A stretch of 64,000 bases of DNA from Myxococcota bacterium (GCA_965140415.1 OZ223209.1:64001-128000), one strand, 5' to 3'. Counted from the stretch's first letter, positions 48,805 through 59,708 are shown. A program made the numbers and translations. The notes: generated by a model not told the origin, from the letters alone.

Positions 48805-50862
48805 TTACTGTCCCTTGTTTTTCTTGTAATCTTCAATCAGTTTGCGCACCTGTGCTGCATCGGGCGCATCGGGTTTGAGATCGATGTAGCGTTGGTAGGA
48901 CTGCATCGCCTTGTCCATCTGTTTCTGCAAGGCATAGCAGGTACCCAGGCCGCGATAGGCATAGGCGAAGGTCGGGTCCAGGCGCAGCGTGTCCTGGAAG
49001 TGACTGATGGCTTTGTCGTACTGCTTCTTTTTATAATAATCCGTACCCGATGAGTAATGCTGCCGGGCGGTAAAGCCATCTTTTTTATGGGCTTGCTGGC
49101 TTTCATTTTCTTTTTGTGCTTTGAGCTTTATGCCAGCCGCCCGCTTGAGCCGCTTGGCGTCTTTTTCCTCTTCGTTCAATCCAAGTGCTTTGTCTGCATA
49201 ATCCTCGGCTTGCGCGAAATCTTCCTTTCGATAGGCGCGCCATCCCTTGGCGGTGTACTCCTTGACCAGTTTGTTTGTAGCAATTTCATATTTCGCGCGC
49301 GCATCGGAATAATAAACACTGTCGGTGTCAATCCCACCTAACAGCGGCAACCCCTGGAAGTAATTGTTCTTGGCAAGCGCTTTGATACCGTTTTGATAAT
49401 CGGCTTTGTTCTGTTTTTCCCGCCTAGCCTTTTCCCGTAATTCGCGGGCTTGTTCCACATTGGGAATGTCCTGGAGCAAGGTGTTCAGCGTTTTTTCCGC
49501 ATCCTGCCATTGTTTTTGATTCAACTGCTCACGAGCTTCCTTTAACGCTTCTTCGATCAACTGGCTGCGCAAACGCTCTTCTTCCGCTTTGGCGCGTAGC
49601 ACGTTTTCGCTAAGTTGTTCTTTCTTTTCGCGCATCGACTGTTCGATAGCCTGTTGCGCTCGCTTCTGGCGTAATTGCTCGCCTTTCTGAACCACTTCCT
49701 TTTCTTTGATCGGGATGCCCTGTTCGGGAATCACGAGTGGCGGCTCTTCCGGTTCGATCGGAATGTTTGCGTCTTGATTGTTGCCGAATACAAAATAGCC
49801 ACCAACCGAGGCAACCAGCAATAACACAACGATTACTACCAGAGCGGCTTTGCTCTTGGGTTGGGCTTGTTCCGTTTCCGGCCAGTCGTCAAGCTGATCC
49901 GCTTCTCTTCGCTTGCCTTCGAGTTCTTTCTGCAACTCGATAGACGGGTCGACGGCAGGCTCTTCCGGCTCCGGCTCGATCACAATCTCTACGTTATTCA
50001 ATGATTCCGATATGCTGACAGGAGCCTCCGACTCCGTTGTTTTTTCCTCGGTTTTTTCCGTTTTTGCCTGTGGTGCCTTGACAGCTACATCCTCTTGGGC
50101 TTCTACGGCGGGAATGATCAGGGTTTTGGCATTATCGGGTTCCGACTCTACAACCGGCTTTGGTTCGGGTTTGGGTTGTGGTGGTTCGGGTTGTTGTGGT
50201 TTAGACTGTTGCGGTTCAGGTTTGGAAACCGGTGCTTCAGGCAATGGCTGAGGCGGTCCAACCGAAATGATTCGCGTTTTGGTAACCGGAGGCATTGCCT
50301 CGCGCACAGGAGGTTGCTCGATGTCCCTGTCTTTGTCGTTTAACAAAGGCTTGGAAGTCTCGACAGTTGGTGTTTCCACTGGCTTTGGAGCCTCGGGTTC
50401 GGTTTCCTCCGAGCTTGAATCGTAAAGAGCATCTTCCGGTTGTTCCGGTTCGATGCGCGTCTCTTCTTCCGACAGTGCGGCAAGATCGATATCCTGTAGG
50501 TATTCCTCGGGATATTGCTGTACCTGGCGCATAATTTCCGGATCGATTTCCACGCGGGGGCGACGCTGCTCGCCGGTTTCCTCGAAAACGATTTTGAAAT
50601 CGCCGATTTCGATCAGGTCACCGTGATACAATCCGGTTTTGCGAGCGATGTGATTGCCATTTAGGATGGTACCGTTGTAGCTGTCCATATCCTCGACGAA
50701 CACGCCCTCTTCGGTGCGGGATAATACCGCGTGGAAACGGGAGATATTTCGTTCGTTCAAGCGAATGGTATTGCCCAGCTTGCGACCGATACGGATTTCC
50801 TTTCGCAAAAAAGGAATCTCGGCAACGCGGCCAGTCTCATCTGTAATCTTCAGACGCAGCAT
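48805..50862 (-). CDS. FHA domain / single TM / TPR-repeat protein (start uncertain)
   Basis: IRIGR...ISRFHA...DMDSYNGT FHA domain, Pro/Glu-rich linker, TM segment AALVVIVVLLLVASVGGYFVF, C-terminal TPRs. Confidence 0.85.
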   Translation of the reverse strand: MLRLKITDETGRVAEIPFLRKEIRIGRKLGNTIRLNERNISRFHAVLSRTEEGVFVEDMDSYNGTILNGNHIARKTGLYHGDLIEIGDFKIVFEETGEQRRPRVEIDPEIMRQVQQYPEEYLQDIDLAALSEEETRIEPEQPEDALYDSSSEETEPEAPKPVETPTVETSKPLLNDKDRDIEQPPVREAMPPVTKTRIISVGPPQPLPEAPVSKPEPQQSKPQQPEPPQPKPEPKPVVESEPDNAKTLIIPAVEAQEDVAVKAPQAKTEKTEEKTTESEAPVSISESLNNVEIVIEPEPEEPAVDPSIELQKELEGKRREADQLDDWPETEQAQPKSKAALVVIVVLLLVASVGGYFVFGNNQDANIPIEPEEPPLVIPEQGIPIKEKEVVQKGEQLRQKRAQQAIEQSMREKKEQLSENVLRAKAEEERLRSQLIEEALKEAREQLNQKQWQDAEKTLNTLLQDIPNVEQARELREKARREKQNKADYQNGIKALAKNNYFQGLPLLGGIDTDSVYYSDARAKYEIATNKLVKEYTAKGWRAYRKEDFAQAEDYADKALGLNEEEKDAKRLKRAAGIKLKAQKENESQQAHKKDGFTARQHYSSGTDYYKKKQYDKAISHFQDTLRLDPTFAYAYRGLGTCYALQKQMDKAMQSYQRYIDLKPDAPDAAQVRKLIEDYKKNKGQ

Positions 50863-51291
50863 GATATCCAGTTCATTGATCCGCCAGAGCGGGTTTCGTA
50901 AAAGCCCGAAATCGCATGGTTCTGGGGAACGCCCCGGCAAACAACAGTAGGTAGCCGAAACAGGCAGCAGACAGTCGATGCAGTCCAAGATGTTTCCGCA
51001 ATCAAGATCCACAAGCTCCACGAACGTCACTCTGCCTTCTCGCATACTGTGTTAGCACAATCAAGAGGGATGCTCAATCTTTTCCCGATGAAAAACAGTG
51101 CGTTCCATCAATTAATCAATTCGAAACCTTTTTTGACAGAGTCAAAATACAATGGGTTCCCGAGGTTTTTCAATTGGAACGAAAGAGAGAAAACACGCCC
51201 GGCAATTCCGATATTTGTGGTAATTCGCGACAAAATTTGGCAATACTATCAAGCTAACGTGTTTTTTTATGGAAAGAAGGAAAATTCAGGA

Positions 51292-52119
51292 ATGGATATC
51301 AAAAGTATGTTGCAGAAACCGGAATTTCCACGGTCGGCGAAGTACGACCCGGAATGGATGCTGGACAATCAGATGGGTCCGAACGCCCTGTGGTTATTGG
51401 AATGGCTGTGCGAGTCGCTGGAATTGAAGCCGGGAATGCGCGTGTTAGATCTAGGCTGTGGAAAAGCCATGACCAGTATCTTTCTGGCAAAGGAATTCGG
51501 TGTACATGTTACTGCTGCCGATCTGTGGATGAGCCCCGATCACAATTGGAAGCGGGTAGTTCAAGCCGGGGTGGCGGATCTCGTCTGTCCGGTTAAAGCC
51601 GAAGCTCACTCCCTGCCGTTTGCGGCGGAATATTTCGATGCCGTGGTTTCCGTGGATGCTTTCCAGTATTTCGGCACCGACGAATTGTACATCGACTACC
51701 TCTCCCGCCTGGTGCGTCCCGGAGGCGCATTCGGTATCGCTCTTGTGGGTCTGGCAAAAGAACTGGATGGCGACATTCCGACCTGGCTTGCCGAACCACA
51801 ATCCAACGGCAAGGTGTTCTGGGAACCGGCCTGCCGTTGTTTCAAGAGCCCGGAATTCTGGAAAAAACTGTGGCAGGGTAGCCCCATGCTGGAAGACGTT
51901 GCCGTGCAAGCGCAGCCTGATGGCTGGCGGCATTGGCGGGATTTCGAACGCACACTGGAAGCGGCAGGCAAAAGCATTTTCCCCTCCGACGCCGAAGCAT
52001 TGGATAAAGATCGGGGAGAAACCATCGCCTTTTTAGGTTTGACCGCAAAACGCACGCAGCAAGAGGCGGAAGATTTTTACGATCCGGCATTGGGAGCCAA
52101 AGTGGGCGTGGATGTGTAG
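51292..52119 (+). CDS. class I SAM-dependent methyltransferase
   Basis: MGPNALWL, LKPGMRVLDLGCG, LPFA..YFDAVVSVD. Confidence 0.9.
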   Translation: MDIKSMLQKPEFPRSAKYDPEWMLDNQMGPNALWLLEWLCESLELKPGMRVLDLGCGKAMTSIFLAKEFGVHVTAADLWMSPDHNWKRVVQAGVADLVCPVKAEAHSLPFAAEYFDAVVSVDAFQYFGTDELYIDYLSRLVRPGGAFGIALVGLAKELDGDIPTWLAEPQSNGKVFWEPACRCFKSPEFWKKLWQGSPMLEDVAVQAQPDGWRHWRDFERTLEAAGKSIFPSDAEALDKDRGETIAFLGLTAKRTQQEAEDFYDPALGAKVGVDV

Positions 52120-52130
52120 AACGAGTTACC

Positions 52131-52745
52131 TCAGCCCTTCAAGGCGCGCTCGACGAGTTTGAGCATGTCGATCTGGTGGGTCAAATCGGTGATGTAGTCG
52201 ATTTTGTCGGTGCGGATTTCCACCACCGGGCTGAGTTTGTAGTCCTTGATCCAGTTGGCGTATAGGCGGTTGAGACGCTTCAAGTAACGATCATCAACAT
52301 CCTGCTCCATTTCGCGACCTCGCAAAGCGATACGCTGCTTCAAGGTTTTCAGACCACAGCGCAGAAAAATCAGCAGATCAGGGGGACGGATATCCTGCAA
52401 TAACTGTTCGTAGGCCATGCGATACAGGGCGTAGTCGCGCTTGCCGATATGGCCGCACAACGACAGGTTGCGGGCGAAGATCTCTGCGTCTTCGTAAATG
52501 GAGCGATCCAACAACGCCGGGCGTTGCCCGCGCTGGATGGCGCGATACAAGCCGGCTTTGCGGATCAGAAAAAACAGTTGCGAATGCAGCGCCCAGCGCG
52601 GCATGTCGGAGTAGAAGTCGTTCAAATAGGGGTTTTCATCGTTGGGTTCGTACATGGCGCGGACATCGAAACGGCGTTGCAGAAATTCCACCAGGCTCGT
52701 TTTGCCCGATCCCATATTTCCTGCAATCGTGAGAATCCGTCCCAT
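52131..52745 (-). CDS. deoxynucleoside kinase
   Basis: IAGNMGSGKT, YEP..ENPYL.DFY, DRSIYED, RIALRGR. Confidence 0.92.
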   Translation of the reverse strand: MGRILTIAGNMGSGKTSLVEFLQRRFDVRAMYEPNDENPYLNDFYSDMPRWALHSQLFFLIRKAGLYRAIQRGQRPALLDRSIYEDAEIFARNLSLCGHIGKRDYALYRMAYEQLLQDIRPPDLLIFLRCGLKTLKQRIALRGREMEQDVDDRYLKRLNRLYANWIKDYKLSPVVEIRTDKIDYITDLTHQIDMLKLVERALKG

Positions 52746-52812
52746 CTGTCCTCCCGCGATTCATGCCACCGGCAATCGTGCCCCCTGAAAAATCAGGAGT
52801 GAAGCGGCGCAC

Positions 52813-54084
52813 TCAGGGTTTGGCCAGCCACTGCAACCCGTGGGTTTCGATGATGTCGTCCAGCACTTCCTTGGCCTTGCTGCCAGGACAGAGCGGATGC
52901 GCCACCAGCGCCATCAGCGCCTTGTCGTAGCTCTGCTCCAATCCGGCTTCCACCGCCAGGGTTTCGTAGGCTTTGACCTGCTGCATCAGTCCGGCGATCT
53001 TCGGTTCCACCGCGCCGACTCGCACCGGCGTGACACTGTCGCGCCGAATGACGGCGGGAATCTCCACCGTCTGATCCGCACCGATGCCGTCCACCGCGTC
53101 CTGGTTGGCCAGGTTGACCACATGGGTGGTGCCACGATCGTTATAAATGGCGTCCATCAGATCCACCGCGATTTTGCTGTAGAAAGCCCCGCCGCGTTTT
53201 TCCAGCTCGGGCGGCTTGGTGACGATGCTTTCGTCTGCGTACTGCGCCAGAAGTTCCTGTTCGACTTCCATCACTTCTTCCGCGCGGGTCTTGTCCTTGG
53301 CTTTCAATTCGGCCAGCATGGTTTCGGTGGCGTAGAAGTAACGCAGATAGGGCGACGGCAGAAAGCCCAGCGCCCGGATGAAATCCTCGCCGTAGTCCAG
53401 TTCCGGCACGTTGGCCGGGCCGCCCTTACCGGCCAGATCCGTAATGATGCGCTCGGTGATCTCTTCGTCGTCCAGCCAGACGCGCCGCACCCAGGCCAGA
53501 TGATTCAAGCCGACGTAGTCGATTTTGATGCGATCCGGGTCGCATTGCAGATACAGCGCCAGATCCATCACGATGCCGATGGGAATGTTGCACAATCCCA
53601 CCACGCGGCGAATCCCGGCTTTATGCAGTGATTCGGTAATCAATCCGCTGGGATTGGTGAAGTTGATCAACCAGGCATTGGGTGCAGTCTCCTGCACGTC
53701 TTTGGCGATGGCCACCATTTCCGGGATGGTACGCAGCGCTTTGGCGAAGCCGCCCACACCGGTCGTTTCCTGACCGATCAGATCGTGCCGCAGACCCAGT
53801 AAAATGTCTTTATGACGCGCGGGCTGCTGCCCCACACGAATCTGCGTCAGAACGAAATCCGCGCCTTTGATGGCGTCACTGCGGTCATTCGTGTATCGAA
53901 TGGAAAAGGGATTTCCGGCATGCGCCACCATGCGCTTGGCGAAGCCGCCAACCACATCGAGCCGCTGCTGGTCGATGTCCATCAATACGACTTCCGTCAA
54001 ATCGATTTCCTGATATCGCTGAATCAAACCCTCAATCAATTCGGGTGAATAGGTGGAGCCGCCGCCGATAATCGCAACCTTCAT
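52813..54084 (-). CDS. GH4 6-phospho-beta-glucosidase
   Basis: IIGGGSTYSPEL, GQETTGVGG..KALRT, INFTNPSG, GLCN, GLNHL, RGGAFYS. Confidence 0.92.
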   Translation of the reverse strand: MKVAIIGGGSTYSPELIEGLIQRYQEIDLTEVVLMDIDQQRLDVVGGFAKRMVAHAGNPFSIRYTNDRSDAIKGADFVLTQIRVGQQPARHKDILLGLRHDLIGQETTGVGGFAKALRTIPEMVAIAKDVQETAPNAWLINFTNPSGLITESLHKAGIRRVVGLCNIPIGIVMDLALYLQCDPDRIKIDYVGLNHLAWVRRVWLDDEEITERIITDLAGKGGPANVPELDYGEDFIRALGFLPSPYLRYFYATETMLAELKAKDKTRAEEVMEVEQELLAQYADESIVTKPPELEKRGGAFYSKIAVDLMDAIYNDRGTTHVVNLANQDAVDGIGADQTVEIPAVIRRDSVTPVRVGAVEPKIAGLMQQVKAYETLAVEAGLEQSYDKALMALVAHPLCPGSKAKEVLDDIIETHGLQWLAKP

Positions 54085-54196
54085 CGTCCTGTTTCCTTTC
54101 ATCTAAGCTACCAAGTACAACCAGCGAAGCGAGTCTAGCAGGGGACGATAGGAAAAGCAAGATCGGGGAAATGAGGAAAGATTTTTACCCGTAACG

Positions 54197-54224
54197 AAAA
54201 AGCCCGCTTCATTGGAAGCGGGCT
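54197..54224 (-). terminator. Rho-independent terminator
   Basis: AGCCCGCTTC/GAAGCGGGCT stem plus a T-tract on the minus strand, after 54253. Confidence 0.8.
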
Positions 54225-54252
54225 GTGGTGTTTCATGAGGTTGTATGAGGCA

Positions 54253-55686
54253 TCAACTGAATTCGAAGCGCATCAGTTTCTGTCCAATCAGCAGTGTGTC
54301 GTGATTGGCCAGCTTATGCTCTTCTACACGCAAATAGGTGCCGTTACTCGATCCCAGATCGGTCAAGATGCACTTGCCATCTTTGAAACTCAGTTTTGCG
54401 TGACTGCCTGAAATAAAGCCGTCCTGCGGGAAGCTGATATCTCCCTGCTCACGACCGATCGACAAGGTGGACGAATCCAGCGGGAAATGCTCCATCTCCT
54501 TGCCTTCACTGGTAATATGTACCAGCTTTCCCCAAAGTCCTTCGCTGGGGCTACCCAGGAAAGTGGCATTGGCTTCTTCGAACCCATCGACGGTTTCAAA
54601 ATCCTGCAACTGCCGATAAACCAGAACCTGCTGGCCTACTCTGACAATCGAACCGGAAGACAATTCCACATCGCCCTTGACCTTCAAATAAAGACCATTC
54701 TGGCTTTGCAGATCGCGCGCAACGACATCATTCTCGTTTGCGTCGAACACGCAATGTTCCGGCGAGATATAATCGTCGTCCAACAGAATTCCGCCGGATG
54801 TACGCCCGCAGATGTTTTCCCCGGCCATGACATTGAATACACGGCCTTCCCGGCCCGAAGGTTCCAGGATCGTCAGTTTGCCTACGGGATGAGCTTCCTC
54901 CGAATCGGAGGTGCCGACATGCATGAACATGGTTTTTCCCGCGCTTTCCTCCGGCTGCTCTTTCGTGTTGGCTCCACATTGACCGCAGAAACGGTCATCG
55001 GGCAATAACGCTGCACCGCATTTCCAACACTTGAATTCCTCCGCTTGGGACATGTCCACCTCCAAATCTTCTTCTGATGCCTCCGTTTCGGAGTTGTTCG
55101 TATCCAATGGTTCATCCTCGTCCTCGAGGATAAAAACGTCTTCAGATGCTTGTAAACCGCTATCCGACTGATCCGCCTCTGCCTCCAACATCACCGGTTC
55201 GGATTCCACCATTTGATCGGCAGTCAGTTCCAAAGGCTCGTCCATATCGAGCTGTAGCTCGCTATCCTCTTTTTCCTCGGGTTTTTCAGCCGTGTCCAAG
55301 GGCTGATCCAAGGATTCTTCCACATCGATATTGATCTCGTCGAGCAGATCATCCGGCGACAATTCCAGCACCAGTCCTGTCGGGATCTTTTTGGCTGGAG
55401 CTGCCGGTTTCGTTTCCGTTAGATCCGGAACTTGTGAATCCCGACCCGGTATCCCCTGACCAGGCGTTAAAAAGCGATCGCCTTTGGGAGAGGGAACGGG
55501 CATGGGCTCGGAATCTTTTCCTGCTTCTTTGCGAGCCGCTTCGATATCCGGAGATTTTGACGACAGATCGATAAAAAACTGCGATTCGGCTGAATGCGCG
55601 TTTTCAGGATGCAACTCCGCACCGCAGTCGAGACAGTAATTGAAATTCTCCGGGTTGAGCTTCCCGCATTGCGGGCATTGAATCAT
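54253..55686 (-). CDS. zinc-ribbon plus tandem FHA domain protein
   Basis: CPQCG...YCLDCG and CWKCG...FCGQCG, acidic linker, two FHA domains (CGR..ISPEH..SQNG; IGR..ISGSH..SSNGT). Confidence 0.88.
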   Translation of the reverse strand: MIQCPQCGKLNPENFNYCLDCGAELHPENAHSAESQFFIDLSSKSPDIEAARKEAGKDSEPMPVPSPKGDRFLTPGQGIPGRDSQVPDLTETKPAAPAKKIPTGLVLELSPDDLLDEINIDVEESLDQPLDTAEKPEEKEDSELQLDMDEPLELTADQMVESEPVMLEAEADQSDSGLQASEDVFILEDEDEPLDTNNSETEASEEDLEVDMSQAEEFKCWKCGAALLPDDRFCGQCGANTKEQPEESAGKTMFMHVGTSDSEEAHPVGKLTILEPSGREGRVFNVMAGENICGRTSGGILLDDDYISPEHCVFDANENDVVARDLQSQNGLYLKVKGDVELSSGSIVRVGQQVLVYRQLQDFETVDGFEEANATFLGSPSEGLWGKLVHITSEGKEMEHFPLDSSTLSIGREQGDISFPQDGFISGSHAKLSFKDGKCILTDLGSSNGTYLRVEEHKLANHDTLLIGQKLMRFEFS

Positions 55687-55857
55687 AGTTCCACCTCACC
55701 GCTAATTCCACGAACAACATTGGTAACAGTAAGTCGCTACAAATATTAACATTGCACGCTCAGATATGCAAGTAAGTGCTTAAACCTACCGGTCCTTGGA
55801 ACGATTGCAAATACTTCCTTTTATAACGTCAGCAATTCCGACGAAATGAAACCGGTC

Positions 55858-58599
55858 TTAATCGATATCGCCGTCGAGATATCCGGCTTCCACATGCAAT
55901 TCGTACTGTCCACTCGAAGCACTGCTGTCCGCCGATAGCCCCGAATCGATGAGGATGTAATACGTGCCATCCTCCGGCGCGACGAAATCAAGGAATTCAC
56001 CGGCATTTACACCATTCTGGTCAACCCCATGCATACAACGCGGCAGATTCTCGCAGTCGTCGACTACCATCAACGCCGGATCGAAATCGCTGTCGATACC
56101 ATCTTCCAAACGGATCAGAACGCCATCGCCGTAAGACATCGTCAGTGCATATAAATGATCGGGTTTGTTGTATAACCAGTACGGGCACTGACCGTATCCC
56201 GTCAATTCGGTAATCGTATCATCGCTCGCTGTCGTATCACCGGTATTCACGTAAGGCAGTGAATCGATGACGAAGTCGGCACTGCAAGCCGGAGTATCCA
56301 CTTCTTCATCGATTTCCTCATCGCCATCCACAGGGATTTCCTCATCGCCATCGACGAACGGATTCAAGGAAACTTCAAGATGGTAGCTGCCGGTTTCGTT
56401 GATATTGACGGTATCCACCACCAGGTAATAGACGCCGTTACTGGGTACGATGTATTCGAAACCTTCCGAAACACCGGGTAAGCCGTTATCCGAACCGGTC
56501 ACACAGGTATTGTCTTCACAGGCCGTATACAGAATCAACGAGGGATTCCAGCCGGCCACATCGCTTAATTCCACATACAGATGATCTCCGGCGTACAAGT
56601 CCAGTTCGTACACCGCATCGCTACCCCACATCGGTTCGCTTAAGTTAACGCAATCCTGATAGGTAAAGCGCTTGGCCATACCGGCAGTCGAACCATTATG
56701 CGAATAAGGCAGATCTCCGCGCGCAATAACGACATCCGCCTCACAAGCGACATCGCCATCAACCACGGTCTCATCTGCATCCGTTTCCGCTTCGATTTCC
56801 TCGTCCATGTCACCATCGACGACTTCTACAAACTGCAAGTTGAGGTCATAGCCTCCCGCCTGACCGAAAACGGTGGAATCCACGACGATGATGTAATGTC
56901 CCCATTCCGGTGCGGTAAACTCTAGCACTTCGGTGGCGCCCACGCCGCCATCGTTTACGGCAGCTAAACAAGCGGTGTCGCTGTTGGTCCAGCCACATTC
57001 TTCCACGATCATCAAAATCGCGTTCCAGTCCGTATCCGGTGTCAGGGTCAAGCGAACGCGCTCGCCTTCGGCCAGAATCAGATCGTACAGGAAATCCTGT
57101 CCAGGCGAACCGCCCAATGTGCCACCGCCTTCCAAATCGCAACCGAAAGCGTTGACACGATTGCCCATGTCAGTCAGGTCGTTGACATCCGTCTGCGGCA
57201 GAAATGCCGGATCGATGGCCAGATCCGCCTGGCAGCTACCCGCGCAGTCATCTCCGTGCAGACACAGTTTGAACGCCAAACCGGCATCGACGCAACAACC
57301 ATCTGTAAAGTCCGAGCAGTCGTTGTCGGTGGTGCATTCCAGGCTGCAATAAGGAGAACTGGCGTTGTCCAGACAGGGATTGGCCATTTGAGATGTCGGT
57401 ATGCATTGCGGTTCGTTTGGAACGGTCGCGGTGCCGCAGGCTTCACCTGCTTCCGACTCTTGTCCCTGTACGCCACAGAATGCCGACACCGCGCAGAAGC
57501 TTTTACCCAATCTCGGAATATCGACGCAACAGCCGCCGTTGAAATCATCGCACTGCGCATCCGTATCACATTCAACCGAACAGACGGAGTAGGGTAGGTT
57601 GAAGCCATTGACGTCCGAGCCGCCGATGCAGCGGCCATCGCCGAAAACGATGGAGCAGTCGAGATCTTCTTCGCACAATTCGGAAGGCAGCGTGTCGCCG
57701 TAAGGAACATAGGCGGCTTTGATGTGATAGGAACTCTGAACGTCGGGAAGTTTGGAGTCCACCACCACAAAGAACGTACCGGAAGAAACCGGACGATAAC
57801 TTAAGGTTTCCGCTTCACCCGCGCCGCTATTGTCGGCTAATTCAAGACATGTGGGATACAAACGACATTCCTGTACGACGTACAACACCAGATCGGCATT
57901 GTCATAGGGAGTCAGTGTAACTTCCAGAACCTGATCGGAGTCCAGGAAGAATTCGTAAACAACATCCGCCCCGGAAAGATCCAGACCCGTTTCGCAAGCC
58001 GGATTCAGGTCGTTGGTCGCGCCGATCAACGTGCCATCGTCTTCATACGGAATGGTTTCCAGTACATCGGAAGTACAGGTTTGCACGATGTCCGGTTCTA
58101 TTTCTTCATCCGGTTCGATATCGGGATCGGCTTCCGCCACATCGCCATCTGCAATATCGGCTTCCGTGTCGTCGCCATCGGGAACGTCGCCATCCACACC
58201 ATCGCCATCTACCGGATCGACGTCTACCAGATCCAGATCGCCGTCGGGCGCATCGCCGTCCACGCCATCACCGTCAACCGGGTCGGTGTCCGTGTTGTCA
58301 CCATCGGTGTCATCCAGATCGGCATCGGTGGTATCGCCGTCGATGGTGTCGCCATCGGAGCCATCGCCATCGGTGGTATCGCCGTCGATGGTATCTCCAT
58401 CGGTGCCGTCACCATCAATGGTATCGCCGTCGATGGCATCACCATCGGAACCGTCGCCATCAACCTGATCCAGATCGGTATCCGCCGGTGGAGTCTCATC
58501 GCCATCCGTCGAATCGTCGGACCCGCCGCTACAAGCGCTTAACCCCAGCACCAGCAGCAAAGTCATCACTATCCAGGCTATCCTTGCGGTTCTGTTCAT
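55858..58599 (-). CDS. large lipoprotein with DGD repeats, four PPC-like beta domains and Cys-rich repeats
   Basis: AGGAG RBS, lipobox LSAC, long D-G-D-x-x tract, repeated D..Y...L...L...L...C...D..G.G..E.L......G.Y...VD units. Confidence 0.82.
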   Translation of the reverse strand: MNRTARIAWIVMTLLLVLGLSACSGGSDDSTDGDETPPADTDLDQVDGDGSDGDAIDGDTIDGDGTDGDTIDGDTTDGDGSDGDTIDGDTTDADLDDTDGDNTDTDPVDGDGVDGDAPDGDLDLVDVDPVDGDGVDGDVPDGDDTEADIADGDVAEADPDIEPDEEIEPDIVQTCTSDVLETIPYEDDGTLIGATNDLNPACETGLDLSGADVVYEFFLDSDQVLEVTLTPYDNADLVLYVVQECRLYPTCLELADNSGAGEAETLSYRPVSSGTFFVVVDSKLPDVQSSYHIKAAYVPYGDTLPSELCEEDLDCSIVFGDGRCIGGSDVNGFNLPYSVCSVECDTDAQCDDFNGGCCVDIPRLGKSFCAVSAFCGVQGQESEAGEACGTATVPNEPQCIPTSQMANPCLDNASSPYCSLECTTDNDCSDFTDGCCVDAGLAFKLCLHGDDCAGSCQADLAIDPAFLPQTDVNDLTDMGNRVNAFGCDLEGGGTLGGSPGQDFLYDLILAEGERVRLTLTPDTDWNAILMIVEECGWTNSDTACLAAVNDGGVGATEVLEFTAPEWGHYIIVVDSTVFGQAGGYDLNLQFVEVVDGDMDEEIEAETDADETVVDGDVACEADVVIARGDLPYSHNGSTAGMAKRFTYQDCVNLSEPMWGSDAVYELDLYAGDHLYVELSDVAGWNPSLILYTACEDNTCVTGSDNGLPGVSEGFEYIVPSNGVYYLVVDTVNINETGSYHLEVSLNPFVDGDEEIPVDGDEEIDEEVDTPACSADFVIDSLPYVNTGDTTASDDTITELTGYGQCPYWLYNKPDHLYALTMSYGDGVLIRLEDGIDSDFDPALMVVDDCENLPRCMHGVDQNGVNAGEFLDFVAPEDGTYYILIDSGLSADSSASSGQYELHVEAGYLDGDID

Positions 58600-58781
58600 C
58601 CCGATTCTCCTCTGCACATTCATAGGCCTATCCTTCCCAAAACAAAAGGAATTGCGAAACCCCGCCCGGCCCATGGCAAGCTTCGTGTGTCACTATAAAC
58701 CATAATAAGGATACCGGAGTGTTTCTTTCGGGTCAAATGAAAAGGAGGTTTTGCCGCTAGTAAAAGCATGTGATTGCAACG

Positions 58782-58814
58782 AAAAAGCCGGAACGCAACT
58801 GCGTTCCGGCTTTC
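58782..58814 (-). terminator. Rho-independent terminator after the ECF sigma gene
   Basis: AAAGCCGGAACGCA-AC-TGCGTTCCGGCTTT perfect stem flanked by A/T runs. Confidence 0.8.
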
Positions 58815-58840
58815 TAGGAGGAGGAAGGTGAAAGAAAAAA

Positions 58841-59407
58841 TCACATATTCAAATAATCGTTGAAAGTGTCGCCGTCGGCGCGCTTGGTCAATTCGCGGCG
58901 TAAGAAGATTTTGCCACGGGCGATGCGCGACATCACGGTTCCGATCGGGATATCCAGGCTATCCGCGATTTCCTTGTAGGACTGATCTCCCAAAACGGCC
59001 ATAACCAGGGGAGTTTTATACTTTTCATCCAGGCGGTCGAGCTGATGCTGAACATCATCGCTGAAGCCTTCGCGCCATTGCTTTTCATTGATGTGTGAAT
59101 TGTCCGGAAGACCATAGGCTACATCTTCATAATCAATGAAGTACTTGTTCTTCCGTTTTTCCACCGTACCCAGAAACAAGTTGCGCAAAATGGCGAAGAG
59201 CCAGCTCCGGCACTTATTTTGATCTTTGAGTTGCTCGAATTTCTGCATGGCAATGAAATAGGTTTCCTGCGTCAGATCTTCGGCGGCGGCGCGCTCGCCA
59301 GTCAGCCGGTAGGCACTCTTAAAGATGTAAGACATATGCGGCAGAGCGATTTCCTGAAATAGTTCATCGTTCCGTTCGTTTGTTGTGTGTTGATCCAAAG
59401 TCGCCAT
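58841..59407 (-). CDS. ECF RNA polymerase sigma factor
   Basis: AYRLTG....AEDLTQET, SWLFAILRN, SYKEIA..LDIPIGTVMSRIARG. Confidence 0.95.
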   Translation of the reverse strand: MATLDQHTTNERNDELFQEIALPHMSYIFKSAYRLTGERAAAEDLTQETYFIAMQKFEQLKDQNKCRSWLFAILRNLFLGTVEKRKNKYFIDYEDVAYGLPDNSHINEKQWREGFSDDVQHQLDRLDEKYKTPLVMAVLGDQSYKEIADSLDIPIGTVMSRIARGKIFLRRELTKRADGDTFNDYLNM

Positions 59408-59486
59408 GGTTGCACCCTTTCATGATTCCCTTTCGAAGAAGGGATGAAATACAATCGATTTGCGAATGATCACCGTTTCTGTGTAA

Positions 59487-59514
59487 ATTATAACGATCAC
59501 AAATTTAATGTCAA
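59487..59514 (-). promoter_or_regulatory. consensus sigma70 promoter for the ECF sigma gene
   Basis: Minus strand TTGACA-16 bp-TATAAT. Confidence 0.7.
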
Positions 59515-59708
59515 TATAAATTTGAATTATTCCTAAAAAAAATTCGTTCCAAACAAAATAGAACTAGTTTTTCAGCTTGGAGAGGGAGATTTCGAGCTAG
59601 AAGTCGGAGCCTGTAAGGAAAAGAGCAAAGAGAAAAAGTTCCCAATAGCTAAAATCTCAAGGAACGGAAACCCTCCAGGATGAGTGTCAAGTTGCGTCTT
59701 TAAGATAT

